DNA of 64,000 nucleotides from the human T2T-CHM13v2.0 reference genome, Homo sapiens. Below the pieces are notes generated by a model that saw only the letters and a list, made by a program, of their open reading frames with translations, was not told where the DNA came from and did not search any database. Of the stretch, positions 42,098 to 54,567 are shown piece by piece (position 1 is the first letter of the stretch; each line of letters begins with the position of its first letter). Position numbers and translations under genes: made by a program. The stretch lies in the NCBI RefSeq assembly GCF_009914755.1, contig NC_060928.1, one strand, 5' to 3'.

Positions 42098-44899
42098 TTG
42101 GTTTTTTTTTGTTTTTGTTTTTTGTTTTTTGTTTGTTTGTTTTTTATGAAAGGATCTTTGAGGAAGAAATGAAAGTAATAAAACTAGTCTTCAGACAAGT
42201 CTCCCTAACAGAAAATGTCTATAATTTATCACGTGTCCTGGTATATACTACTTCTGTTATAAATTAGTGGCCAAACTCTTCTATTTTTCTTCTCCAGCAT
42301 ATTGGAACTCAAGAAACTCATTCTGTGTAAGAACTAGAAAGAACGTTATAACTCATCCACCTCCTTCAATTTAACAGCTGAGAAACTGAGGCCCAGGCAG
42401 TTAACTGATGAAGAGCCAAACTGCTGATCAGGAAAAGAACCAAGCTCTCAGTGCTGGTGCCACCATATGTTCAATTTTATTTTACCAGAACTATACCTTT
42501 GAATGTCACCAGTGTATGTCAAATGTAGTCTAGCAGTTCAGTGTGAAAATGAAAATTAGGAAACCATGCTGTTGGCAATCTCTTCTTCATAATTGTATGG
42601 GAGTAGCACCGAGTCTGCTGTTTTTGGCAATCACAGACAGGTTGGTGACTCTGTAGAGAGCAGAGGTGTGTAACTTTTCAGAAGCAAGCTGCCAAGCTAC
42701 TGACCCCAGCTTTTCAGTCACTAACATCTTAGTCTGAATTACTTTAACCAAAACCATATGGTTGCCTTTCTGTTGATCATCACTAGAGACCATGGTACAA
42801 TAAAGCAGGAAATTTAAATATGGGGTAATTTTGAGGCAGAGAGCAGGATAGGAAAGGTATGAGGGAGTATCTGAGAGGAAGGCTTTGGGCACAGAGAGGA
42901 GAGGAAGGGAAGGCAAGAGGCAGGGTAAGTGAAGGGCCCTCATAAGGAAGGCACTCACTTAACAATTCTGCCTGGGGCAGCTAGTTTAGTCCCATAGCCT
43001 AGGTCTCCTTTCAGGCTTCCCATACTCACCCACCCACCTATGAAGACCTTCACAATCAGAAAACATGCGGCTCTGTTCTGGACCTCTCCAAGCAAGCACT
43101 CTGCAATTCTTTGAAGCTCTCTACAATTCCAGGGGTTTTGCTGCAACCTAATCCATAGAAAGGGCTAAATTTGTCTCTATGCACTCCACAGAATTACAGC
43201 AAACTGTCAGGGAAACAGACCCAAATCCTTTTATTTCCTTACCACCCCCTGCTAGGAAACGGCAGAGAAAGTCCCTGGGTGCTTTTTGTTGCTGGGTAGC
43301 TAAAATGTGCAACTTTTAGAAATGTTCAAGTAGAAACAAGAGGCCTGAACTCACTACCCCAAAAAGAACCAGTCCCAGTTCGGTAGTCCGTGCCTCTCCA
43401 AGTCACAAAGTTTCAAGTTCCAATCAAATCAGAATATCTTACTCAAAACCGTGGCTACCCACCACTTTTAAACATTTTCACAAATGGAGAAGGGGCAAAG
43501 AAAGAAAATAATTTCTTCTTCCTGTACTTGTAGCAGTGTTTAATTGCAGGGAGGTGGGTGATTGCTCCCGGGAATCATGCACAACACTGGCAAAAAACTG
43601 CCTGTGGAATGATCGGATATGACATCCATTCATGTGTCCCCTCATTATCTTTATTAGTCCTGAAGACAGATGACATGCTGACACGGAAAGTGGTCTCCAA
43701 TCCCTTGCATTTCCCCTCACAAAACATACATGACCAATGCAAGGTATTATAATAGAAAACAGAAAATAAAATAACCTGGTAAGAGTGCGGTACAAAAAAA
43801 GAATATGAAGAGCCGTATTGACAACTATTCTCACAGATGTATATACGTACAGCAAACAGCCCAAATTAAAGGAGAATTCAAATAAATACATTCCGTGTTC
43901 AGACTGCTGTGGATAATTATTGATCCTGCAGTTGGAGCATTGTTTACCTCACACTGAACAGCAACTTAGAGAACCCCCTACCCAGACAGCCACCATCTTT
44001 ACTTTCTATGGAAATGCGGGTGCCCACTGAGGAAGAGGATGAGATGGGATGAGAAGGGGAAGAAAAATAACATGGTCTTTGAACCAACGTTTTCCCCTTG
44101 TCCTGGAGAACTCTTTGTCTGGCTGCTGAACACGTTTGCCAGATCAAGGAAAAGAATCAAAACAAACAAACAAACAAAAAGAGTAGGCGTCCCAGCCTAA
44201 TTACAATAGGTTCCCAACACATTGCAGTCCCAAGCAGAGCATCATTTGAATCTTGTGTTAAAGCATTTGCTCTCTCGGTTCCCCAATAAAACATGCCTCG
44301 CACACCTTCTCCTTTGCATTTCTACAAAGGTTCCCCCAAAACGGCCCGCTCTGTGTCACTCCTTTAAAAATGAGGACGTGGGGCAGGAACACACTGAAAT
44401 ATATGTTGACGGTGACTTATTATCCTGACGATGATATATACATACAAATAAATCCCTCTACCCCGCACCCCCACTGACCAGTCCATTACGCACAGGGAGC
44501 GCTTTCCAGCTGAAGAGGAGAGCGTGCAGGAAACGTTATTTACGTGCAATTACAGGACCATATACCACGGCATCTGCATCCTACACAAAGCCCGAGATGG
44601 TGCAAGAAGATACACGCTGAGCATGGCACAGACCAGCCGCGGCAACACGGAGCCAAGCCCTCGTCCAATCAGATCGTTGTTAGAAGGTGGACCTCAGGGT
44701 CGGCCGTGCCCGATTAGCCTTCCCTATTATGACACCACGCTCTGCCCAACATCTATATCCCACCGAGAGCAAATCCAATTCGTGTGGTTGCTCATTTCTC
44801 AAACTGCCGAACCCTTTCTTTTATCTGCATCCCTGCTATTCGTTCCTCAAAAAGCCACCAGAAGGCCTCGGTGCCCCCTTTCCGCCTCGATTTCTCTTT

Positions 44900-46400
44900 T
44901 CACCTCTTCCCATTCCTCGAAAGGATTAAATGTTTATCTCTCCAACGCGCAAGCTGGAAAGGCGGAAGGCGAATGCCTCTATGCTGCTCCGGCAAGCGCC
45001 TGCGGGGCTGCGAAAAGTAAAGGCAACGAACAACGTGGGGGAAATCGTCGCGAATCGATCGGCCACAATAGTTGGAATCCCAGGAGCGCTCCAACTTACC
45101 CAAAATATGACATTGAAGCCAAATATGAAGTATTTGATGCAACAACTGACTTCAGGACCCTTGTAGTGCTTCCCGGACATCCTCTGGGTTCATGAAGACA
45201 CTTGCCCCGGCAGCCCGAGTTTGGAGCTCCGAAGCACCGTTGCTCGGAGCAGCCCGGCGGGGAGCAGGAGCTCAGGGACACCGCACGGGGCCGCGGCGCT
45301 GGCGGCCTGGGCTCAGCCGCGCGGGGACCGACCGGCGGAGAGCGGCTCCCGCACCTCCAGCCCCTCGCGCGCCGAGGCCGCCGGAGCCGGGGTGGCCGCG
45401 AGAAAGCAGGGAAGCCGCGCGCTGCAAGCTCAAGCCTCGCCGACGCTAGCCCCGAACACAAAGCGAGCGCCCGCGTCCGTGCGCCAGGCGGTCGGTCCGT
45501 CGGTTCGTCCCCGGGCTTCGGGCAAAGGCGGCCGCGGCAGATGCTGGTGGAGACGCCGCTCGCTTGCTCGCCCGCCCGTTCGCGCGCGCCCTCCCACCCC
45601 TCGCTCCGCCCGCCTCTCGCTCCGCCCGCCCGGCCGGCTGCTCCTCCGCCCGCGCCGCCCGCAGCTCCGCCCGCCGCCCAAGCCTTGGCTAGGCGCGCGC
45701 GCGCACGGGGTCGGGCGCTCCCGGGCGGCGGTGGCACCACGTAGCCGCCTCCTTCCACCGCTCGCTTTATCCCCGCCCCTTCTCGGGCCAACCCCAAGCG
45801 CCGCTGACCCCGAACGTCGCTGCGGGGTAGGTAGGGGGTGGGAGGGTGGAGGACCGCAGGCGAGAGGGAGAAGGAAGGGCGCCCGGGGAGCAGGCTGGCA
45901 GAGTGACCGGGATTGATGAGCGGCGCAGCTCTGGAGGGACGCGGGCGAGAGGGTCGCTCCTCGGGGAGAGGGCTGGGTGAGTGAGGACCTGCGAGCCACC
46001 CCCGACACCCCTTCCAGGGTAGCCACACTGGCGCCCCCTCCTCCACAACAGGCTTATGTGGCTAGAGAAGATGCGATGCCACTGGACAGGGAAGGAAAGT
46101 CGTCGTGGACTTCGCTGAATGGAAAAGGGGGTAGTTGGGGAAGGTGGAGAAAAGAGCCACGGGAAGTGGGAGGAAAGGATGAAGGGATGGGACGTTGAAA
46201 AGGAAAGCTTCCTGAATCCCTGTGTGACTCTAACCCAACCTCCCCACCTACCGGAGAAATGGGTTTTATCCTAGAAATGGGGACGAGGAAAAAGAGATGG
46301 CTCAAGGGAGTCCTGGCCCGGGATGCGATCCTCGCCCTAGGGTCTATTGCAACCACACAAACCCGGACAGCGCACGCTCCCCCCTACCCCGACAGAATAG
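44900..46400. promoter_or_regulatory. TSPAN5: CpG island / TSPAN5 promoter and 5' UTR
   Basis: Very high GC and CpG density over 45200-46000. Multiple GC boxes (e.g. ccccgcccc 45771-45779, ccgccc repeats around 45600-45680). Exact TSS cannot be read from sequence. Confidence 0.93.
45100..45180 (-). CDS. TSPAN5: Tetraspanin-5 coding exon 1 (N-terminal cytoplasmic tail and start of TM1)
   Basis: Minus-strand translation MSGKHYKGPEVSCCIKYFIFGFNVIFW is the TSPAN5 N-terminus as I recall it (tetraspanin C-x-K-Y-x-x-F-x-F-N pattern). ATG at 45180-45178 has A at -3. The 81 nt end at a phase-0 donor TGG|GTAAGT (plus-strand acttac, 45094-45099). Confidence 0.96.
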
Positions 46401-47431
46401 TGCCTAAGAAACCTGCTTGCCTCCTAACTCTAGGAAGGAATCCACAACGGATTCCAGGGAGGTCTTCTGGGGAATCTGAATTGGGTTTTTGGATCACGAA
46501 CCATTAAGCTTTTGAACTCTGGGGAAGAATAGAACAGGTGGCTGGAAATTGTTTTAGAACCCTACCTGAGCAGGTGTGCTCATTAGTTGCTTATCCGCCC
46601 TCCTCCTGGAGCACTTTCATAGGTGTTGGCAAAGCAGGTACCAGTATTTCACGGAAGGAGAAGGAAGAACCGCCCAGGACTGTGTATAAATGTCTATGGG
46701 AATATTTTTAAGGATTCAAAAGGCTAGAAGGAGGTGAGATCAAAAAATTTTTCCAGCACCACCCAGTGCAACCCGATCCTGGACACAGAAATCTAAAAGA
46801 TGATACTTAAATACTTGAGTTTGAGAGCCTCTAGTTATAAGGTTTCCTACGTAACAACCTCTCACTTTTCTCAAAAACTGGCTAGTTGACAACCGGCAGT
46901 CAAGTTTTGGCTAGTCAAGAAGCTACTTTTTCCTGCAATAAACCACATTTAGAGATAGTACTGGGCTTCAGCAGGATTGAGGCTATATTGAGGTCGCAAG
47001 TATGAACGAGGTACCCACAGAGATGGGAGGGCCAGGAGATCCTACTCATTCAGTACCTCAGAAGCTATGACACGGGATAACAGTAGCTTCAGCCCTTTGG
47101 ATGAAATAATCCTCACTCCCTCAAAAGTGCTCTCTACCCACTCAAAACACAGGCCATACTACCACCAATCTGGTAGACTTCAAAAGTAAGGTCTTTCAGC
47201 AGCAGATTTCCTTGTTAACAGGAAGGTACTGACAAGCTTTACCTAAGCCTATTGGAGCTATGTTGTAATTCTGTATATAAATAGAACAGTCGCTGCAGGA
47301 ATACTGGATGAGTCAGAAGAAAGGTCTGTCCTAAGCTGATGTGACACATTTCAAAAGGACCAGAAATTAGATGCAATTGATGACTGAGTTGATCTCTAAG
47401 TGGATTTATCTTTGAAATAAAAATCAGTGGA

Positions 47432-47857
47432 TATCCCATATACCCGACCCCACACCCTCCCCCATTGTCAACATCCCCAACCAAAGTAGCACATTTGCTA
47501 CAAATAGTGAACCTACATTGCCAGATCATTATCACCCAAAGTCCATAGTTTACATTAGGGTTCACTCTTGGGGCTGTATATTCTATAGGGTTGGACAAAT
47601 ATAGAATAACATGAACCCACCCTCATAGTATCATAGTATCATACAGAGTATTTTCACTGCCCTAAAAGTCCTCTGTACACCACCTATTTATCCCTTCCTC
47701 CCCCCAGTCTCTGGCAGCCACTGAAGTTTGACTGTATCCCTGTCTCCTTAGTTTTGCCTTTTCCGGAATGCCATATATAAGGAATCATACAGTATGCAGT
47801 CTTTCTTTCAATTTTGCTGTGAAACTAAAACTGCTAAGAAAATAAAGTCTTAAAAAG
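47432..47857. mobile_element. L1MC-type insertion with 5' inversion, within older L1ME-like sequence
   Basis: Antisense segment cccatataccc...ggaatcatacagtatg joined to sense 3' end caattttgctgtgaaactaaaactgct...aataaagtct. TSD aaaaatca(g/a)tgga at 47419-47431 and 47858-47870. Confidence 0.75.
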
Positions 47858-49989
47858 AAAAATCAATGGAGAAGAGAAAGGTAAGATAACTAATCAGTAA
47901 TTTGGAGGGGGGGGTGGAAAAACTAATTGAATTATCTCATTTCGTATATCCAAAATAAGTTCTATGAGGATTAAGGAGTTAAATATATTTTAAAGCAGAC
48001 CAGAAGGAAAAATATTTGTCAAACCTCTGTATAGAAGTATTTCTCAACTTAGAGGCAATAGAAGGAAATAATCAATGGATATGATTGGGTAATATCTTAA
48101 ACACTTCTACGTGTCCAGCTTTTTTTAGTGTAAGCTAAACCAGAAAAAAAATTGGCAGCAAACATGAAAAATAAAAACCTGAATGTCTATATTATAAGTA
48201 GGGCTCATAGAGCTATAGTAAAATATAGAATCGCAGTGGTTGAGTATAAACAGAAAATAAATCATATAAGAAATAAAATATATGGGGAAATTAATCTAGT
48301 AATCAATGAAGTATACATTAAAACTAATAAAGATACAAAAATAATGAGCACTGGTTAGCACATACATTGTTGGTGTCCTTATGAAATAATATGTCCATTT
48401 GGAAAGCATTTTGGCTGTATATATCAGGTCAGAGTGCTCCTACATTTTGACTCAGCAGTCCCTCTTCTGGGAATCTACCCAAAGAAATACCCCAGCAGAT
48501 GGAAAAAGTTATACACTGCAAGATGTATATCATAGCATTATTTATATTGAAGACTTGGCCAGAAATTAAAGATCAAAGAGTAGGGGTGATATCCAATTCC
48601 TTGTAGTTACTTGGACCACAATGTTCCTTCACATTCTGTGCCTCTGCACATGTCATTTAGAGTTTCTGCCTGGGGCATTCTCCTTGTCTCTTGTCTGTGA
48701 GCTGATTTCTCTTATTCTTCACTACTTTTGTTCAATGTCTCGGAGGCTCCTTCTTTATTCCCTCAACACCCGCTGTGTTCTTCCATCCCGGCACTTAAAG
48801 GCTGCCTGTAAGAACTTGTTTACCTACCTGTCTCCTCAATCTGCTGTGACTCCTTCTAGGGTGTGACCTAACCCTTGGTAATCTTAGAATCACCAGAGCT
48901 CTGCAGATATGGCAGGTGCTTGATAAATATTTATTAAAGGAATGAATGAGTCATTTGCTCACAGTTTTTACAGCTCTTGAAGATACTGCTTATAGAGTAT
49001 GTGGCAATATATGGATACATTATAATGTTAAATTTTAAAGGCACTATATATGGAATTATCTCCAAGTAATATTGTTAAATTTTAAAAACAAGGAACAAAA
49101 ACAGTGTACACAGTAGGCTATCATTTTGTGAAAAGATAAGCTCTGTTGGCAAAAGAATATCCATACACATATTTCCTTGTTAATGGGTAGGCTATCTATG
49201 GAAGAAAACGAAATAAACTGGTAACAGCGAGTTAGGGTGGAATGGGGGGCAAACTGGGGGACTAAAGATACTGATAGGAAGGAGACATGTTTTATTTTTA
49301 AATAACCCCTTTAGTCTGTTTTTGAAATTTGTACCATGTATATGATACACGTTTTGAAAAATAAAGCAGTCTACAAAACGGTATGCAGTTGTATGAAAAA
49401 AAGTTAGGAGTTAATTTTTGCCAAATAAGAACAGTTATAAGGCTGGGTGATTTTGTTTTCATGTTTCTGGTTTGCAATTTTTAAGTGTGGTTAAATTGCT
49501 TTTACAATTAAGAAGATAAAATTATACATAAAGATGTAAGAAAGTAACTAAGTAATCATATTTATTTCACGCAACTCCTTCACAACTCAATAAATGCTGA
49601 TCTATTTTAAGGAGAAAAGGAGAAAAATTTTCTGTCTGAATACTGCTAAGGCCACCTCCCTTATAACTCTGAGGTTGAAAAATGGTTAATAAGTTTAACT
49701 ACTGACAAGTTAATCAGCTCTTCAAGTGGCAGTGAAAACAGGTAAAGCGTGTTCTTCTAATAGTTGCCTGGCTGAGGAGCAAGATATGACAACAGCGTTT
49801 TAACCTAAGACACCAAACTTAACGAGCTTGTCTGTCTCCACCTGTGCTTTATTGTTCCTGCCCACCTTCCTGCCTCCCTCCTCTTGGGCTCTGTCATTGT
49901 CTGCCTCTCTGCTCCTCTCTGTTTTTCTTTTGCTTCTCTGTAGCCGCCCTGCTGGTTGCCTCCACACCCCTCCTGCCGCCTTCCTCTCA

Positions 49990-50440
49990 GAACCCTAGCA
50001 GCTGTGTTCAGCGTCCCCCTCTTAAAGCAGCCACATGCTCTGGGAAGACTGGCCCTCTGCGTCACATCTGGCAGTCCCATTCCTCTTGCTAATGTGTGGT
50101 TCAGGAATGGGCAGGTGGCCCAATTCTGGTCAACAAGCCATGAGAAGAATCTGCTAGAGGTTTCCTTGCATCTAAGAAATGGTCTCTTTCGCCCTTGGAC
50201 TTGGTTGGGTTTGGATGTGATGCCTCGATCCTCTACAGCCTGATGACAAAGACCACACCAAGGATGGCAGAGTGGAAGGATAAAAAGAACCAGGGCCTTC
50301 CAGCCTTTGTTGTATGGCTGACTTAACCAACCTTGAAGGTGGCCTTACTCACGACTTCCTGTCAGATGAGACAAATTTCTTGGTTAAGATACTTTGACAG
50401 GGGTTTTCCGTTTCATACAACTGAAAGTATCCTGACTTAA
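49990..50440 (+). mobile_element. MaLR LTR, MLT1J/K-like
   Basis: ggttcaggaatgggcaggtggcccaattctggtcaa...aaggatggcagagtggaaggataaaaagaacc...caactgaaagtatcctgact. Confidence 0.7.
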
Positions 50441-51866
50441 ACACCTTTTGAGGTTCTGCCCCAAGCCTTTATTGATTTTCTCCTCTTGAATCACCACCAG
50501 CATTTCTGCATTTCTCTTAGTACCACGTTTTTTCTATTCCCCACACCCACCACCCCCTCTCTTCCCTAGCTGTTTCTGTCTCAAACAATACAGGGAAACA
50601 TTTTAGGGTGTCTGACAGATCACACCCACCCCTTTCTCAGACCTTCTCAACCACAAGGTGCTCTCCCACCTCCAGCGAGGTTTGTACTTCACAGTTGATG
50701 GGGTCCCGGTAGATTCAGGCTGGGCCAACCTGAGAGTCTGTCTCAGTAACAAAGGGAACCCTGCGCCCAGCTGAAGTGCAGGCAATGTTTACCCGAAAGC
50801 TGGGGGTGGGTCCGCATTTCCAGGAGGAAGCCAAGACTCTCCCTCATCCTCTGCAGAAAGAGGAAGGAAGCCTAAACAGAGAAAAACAGTAGCAGAGTCT
50901 GACAGCCTGGGTGCTGTGTATGGTTGTGCATTTTGTGCTCTGAAAGGCTCCCATCCCTGCTAAAGGCCTGCTTCTAGATTTAAAGAGGACTCTGTCTTTG
51001 AGGTCTATGAGATTTTTAGATGGAATCATTCATCACATCCCATTTGGGCTTTAGATACTTTGAAGTGAGTATCTCAAATTTTCAAATCAAAGAACCCTGA
51101 TTAAAACAAAAGGTCTTCTCACCTCAAATCCTTTATGAAATGAGGTCAACTTAAAATACTTTTTAGTTAGCTATGATATAAAATTAAACTATATTTTTGT
51201 TATAGTTAATGAATTAATATTGTATCTTCTGTTCCTTAGTCGAAAAGTGAGCAGTTAAATGGTCTATTTCTCTAACAAAACAATTAACTGATTCCTCAGG
51301 ATTTACCGCCCACTGTGACCCTCTTGCCCTGTGCCCACACATACCTACTAAAGACCAGTTTTCAGATCCCCAGGAATAACATAAAATGGGGCATATCTGT
51401 CTCGTAAATATGATTGAATAAGCATATGTAGAGCACAGTTGTTTCACTTTTAAGAATCAATTATAATCATTTGTACAATAAAATGAATTATGTCTTTCAC
51501 ACAATATGACAGAGCAGTAATTGATTTTTTTTTTTAATTCGGCCATTCCATCTTCTTCTGGCACCTCAACTTCCTGCTGCTTTGGAGATAGCTAGACCTG
51601 TGTGGATCAAGGCATTAGGCCCTGATGTTACCTTACCAGGGGCCAAGCACATGACACAAGTTCAGCCAATTAGAAGCTTACTTCCTGATACTGAGCAGAG
51701 CAAAGAAAGAGACCAAAAGCCACCTGGAGTTCATTTCTTGCAGCCCCTGGACAAGCCTGAAGCTGCCCTTGAGACCTTTGGGAGCCTCCTGATTCTTCTG
51801 CCTTCCCTCTGGTCCCATAAGCTAGCTGTCAGGTTCTAACTGATGTCCGAGTTCCCATAAGCTAGC

Positions 51867-52205
51867 TGCCAGGTTCTAATTGAGATCCAACGGGAATCAG
51901 TGGATGAGTGGTGGGTAGCTGGAAAAACACTAAAGGAATCATAGACAGTTTTGACATGGCTTTACCCTCTCTTTGGGTGTGAGCAAGCCATATGTACAGC
52001 ATTAGCAGGGTAATTATACCTTTTACAGACAGTAGTGGCTCCAAGCCCAGCACAAGCTCACATGGGTGATCACCTAATGTGCCTCACATGGCTTGGTTAC
52101 ATAATGTGCGGAGCTATGCGCCTGCGCTCCAAACCCATTGAGTTATGCTGTGCCGGAAGCCTGCCTCAGCCTACTCCTGACTAAAGCACAGCCATTTCCC
52201 TTACA
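51867..52205 (-). mobile_element. LTR18 (3' LTR of HERV-S/HERVL18-type provirus)
   Basis: Minus strand begins TGTAAGGGAAATGGCTGTGCTTTAGTCAGGAGTAGG, directly preceded by polypurine tract GGGGGTGGAG (52215-52206). Confidence 0.85.
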
Positions 52206-52220
52206 CTCCACCCCCTAGGC

Positions 52221-53370
52221 CTAGGGCATCCTCCAGGCAGGCACATGTGCCCATAGGGCAGAGCCCTGAATCCATAACCCACAACAACAATACAGAAAGC
52301 AACACCTCACCACTAGGATCCCAGCTATGCCACTTATGACTATTAGGGCCCAGTGTAGGCCAGAGCCTAGGGATGCCCACCATCTCCACAGGGGATCATC
52401 AGTAAGGCTCTCAACTGCGTTAATCTGCCATGAGACCCCTTGCAGGGCTGCTGTTATGTTCTACCGATTGTCAGGAATAAAGGTACAACATTGTGTTCCT
52501 AAAAGTGCACAGGTGCCTCCTTGGGCAGCAGTTTCTATGTCTAAGGCTATTTGATTTTGCAATACCACCTTTCTAATCTGATCAACCTCATTGGTTAACA
52601 GGAGGGGGGCCACTCAAGTGTAATTCAGAGCCCAAGTGGTGTGCTGTGCAAGAGTGGTAACTTGTGCTTCTACGGTTATGACACCCACTCCAGGGATAGT
52701 CACTGCCAAGAGGCAGAACCACCAGGGGACTCGTCGCACTTGCACAAACCGAGAACATAGCACCTCCCAGTTAAGTGAGCTATCTGGGCAACTTGGGGAG
52801 AACATTGGCAGGTAAGGCCACCCCCAGGTGCAATGTCCAGTCCAGTTCACTGGTAGCTAAGGCCACCCTGTGTCCCCACAGACCCATAAACTCCCAGGGG
52901 ACACAAAATCCATTGGGGCCCAACCTTGGTGAGGCCGCTCGTTCCATCATACCTTCAGTGTGGTGACATGTATTATGTTTGCACAGGCCATGATGGGTAC
53001 CCATCCCACAGGGGTGTTGCCCCAATGTGGCTCTATGTACCACAGTACCTGGGCTTGGGGTACTGCATGTTCCCCCGCTAGCCAGCCCCACCCATCATAA
53101 ACACTACAGGCCAGCCAGGGGGCGGGTGTGCTGTGGGTCTTACAGCATCCTTTTTCAAAGCTTGCCATGTTGCCTCACAGACATCAGCCATGGGACCCCA
53201 GGTCTCCAGCCATGTCCAGTTCTCTGCAGATACTGAATGTATGTGCCAAGGCAAGCCATCTGCAGCTGCTGTTGGAAGGGCAGTGCAGATCCAACAGATG
53301 GAAACTTGGTCACCTCAGCGTAGGTGTGGGCCCAGTCCAAATGCAGTTAGAGCATGTTAACCTACAGTTG
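52221..53370 (-). pseudogene. Endogenous retroviral env remnant (gamma-type SU/TM), disrupted
   Basis: SU CWIC motif (53296-53285); QVRR cleavage site plus hydrophobic peptide; [26 protein letters not shown] (52562-52485); membrane anchor WALIVISGIAGILVV. In-frame stops and at least one frameshift. Confidence 0.88.
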
Positions 53371-53870
53371 AAATGACAGAGCAGGTACAGGTACTAACAG
53401 AGGTAAATCATATCCCTCAGGCAAAATACAGGCTAATCTTTCATCCCTGGATAACAATGCAGCCACCAAGGGCTTTTGCTCTGGGTGATGGTACCACACC
53501 TCAACTCCCCATGGTTCCTTTGAGTCCTGTATCTGTGCCAAAGTCACAGGAGAGCTCATAATAGGCCAAACAGACAGTACACATGTCCCCCAGAGGAGGG
53601 TTCCTTCCCTGGCTGTTCCCGCTGTAGGGGCCATGTATTGAACACCCAAGGAGTGATATACGAGTCATACTGTAGGCCCTCCCCCCAGGGAGCTCCGATG
53701 GCCAACCACCAGCAGTGGGGGGCTTGGAGGGTCCATGGCCACAGCCAGGTTTTCTGTTCCCCTGCCATCAGGGGTGTTGGGGCAGACAACAACAGGTTAC
53801 CTTTCATCCCCATACCTGGTTGAAGGAGGTCATCCTTGGTATGTATCTGCAACTGCATGGGGGTGGTGGC

Positions 53871-54567
<697 letters not shown>

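Noticed and set aside
44926-45099. C-terminal 57 aa of the 84-aa ORF starting at the TSPAN5 ATG
   Set aside because: Read-through past the GTAAGT donor into intron 1; not tetraspanin-like.
44524-45195. 223-aa plus-strand ORF antisense to exon 1
   Set aside because: GTG start, no recognisable motif; lies in the CpG shore and partly mirrors the sense CDS.
46028-46046. CTCF-like AGGGGGCGC core on the minus strand
   Set aside because: The 5' half does not match the CTCF consensus; likely by chance in GC-rich sequence.
45096-46048. Long overlapping ORFs (316, 231, 198, 180 aa) across the CpG island
   Set aside because: Ala/Arg/Pro/Gly-rich low-complexity products in several frames on both strands. 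Expected from stop-codon scarcity in very GC-rich DNA; no recognisable domain.
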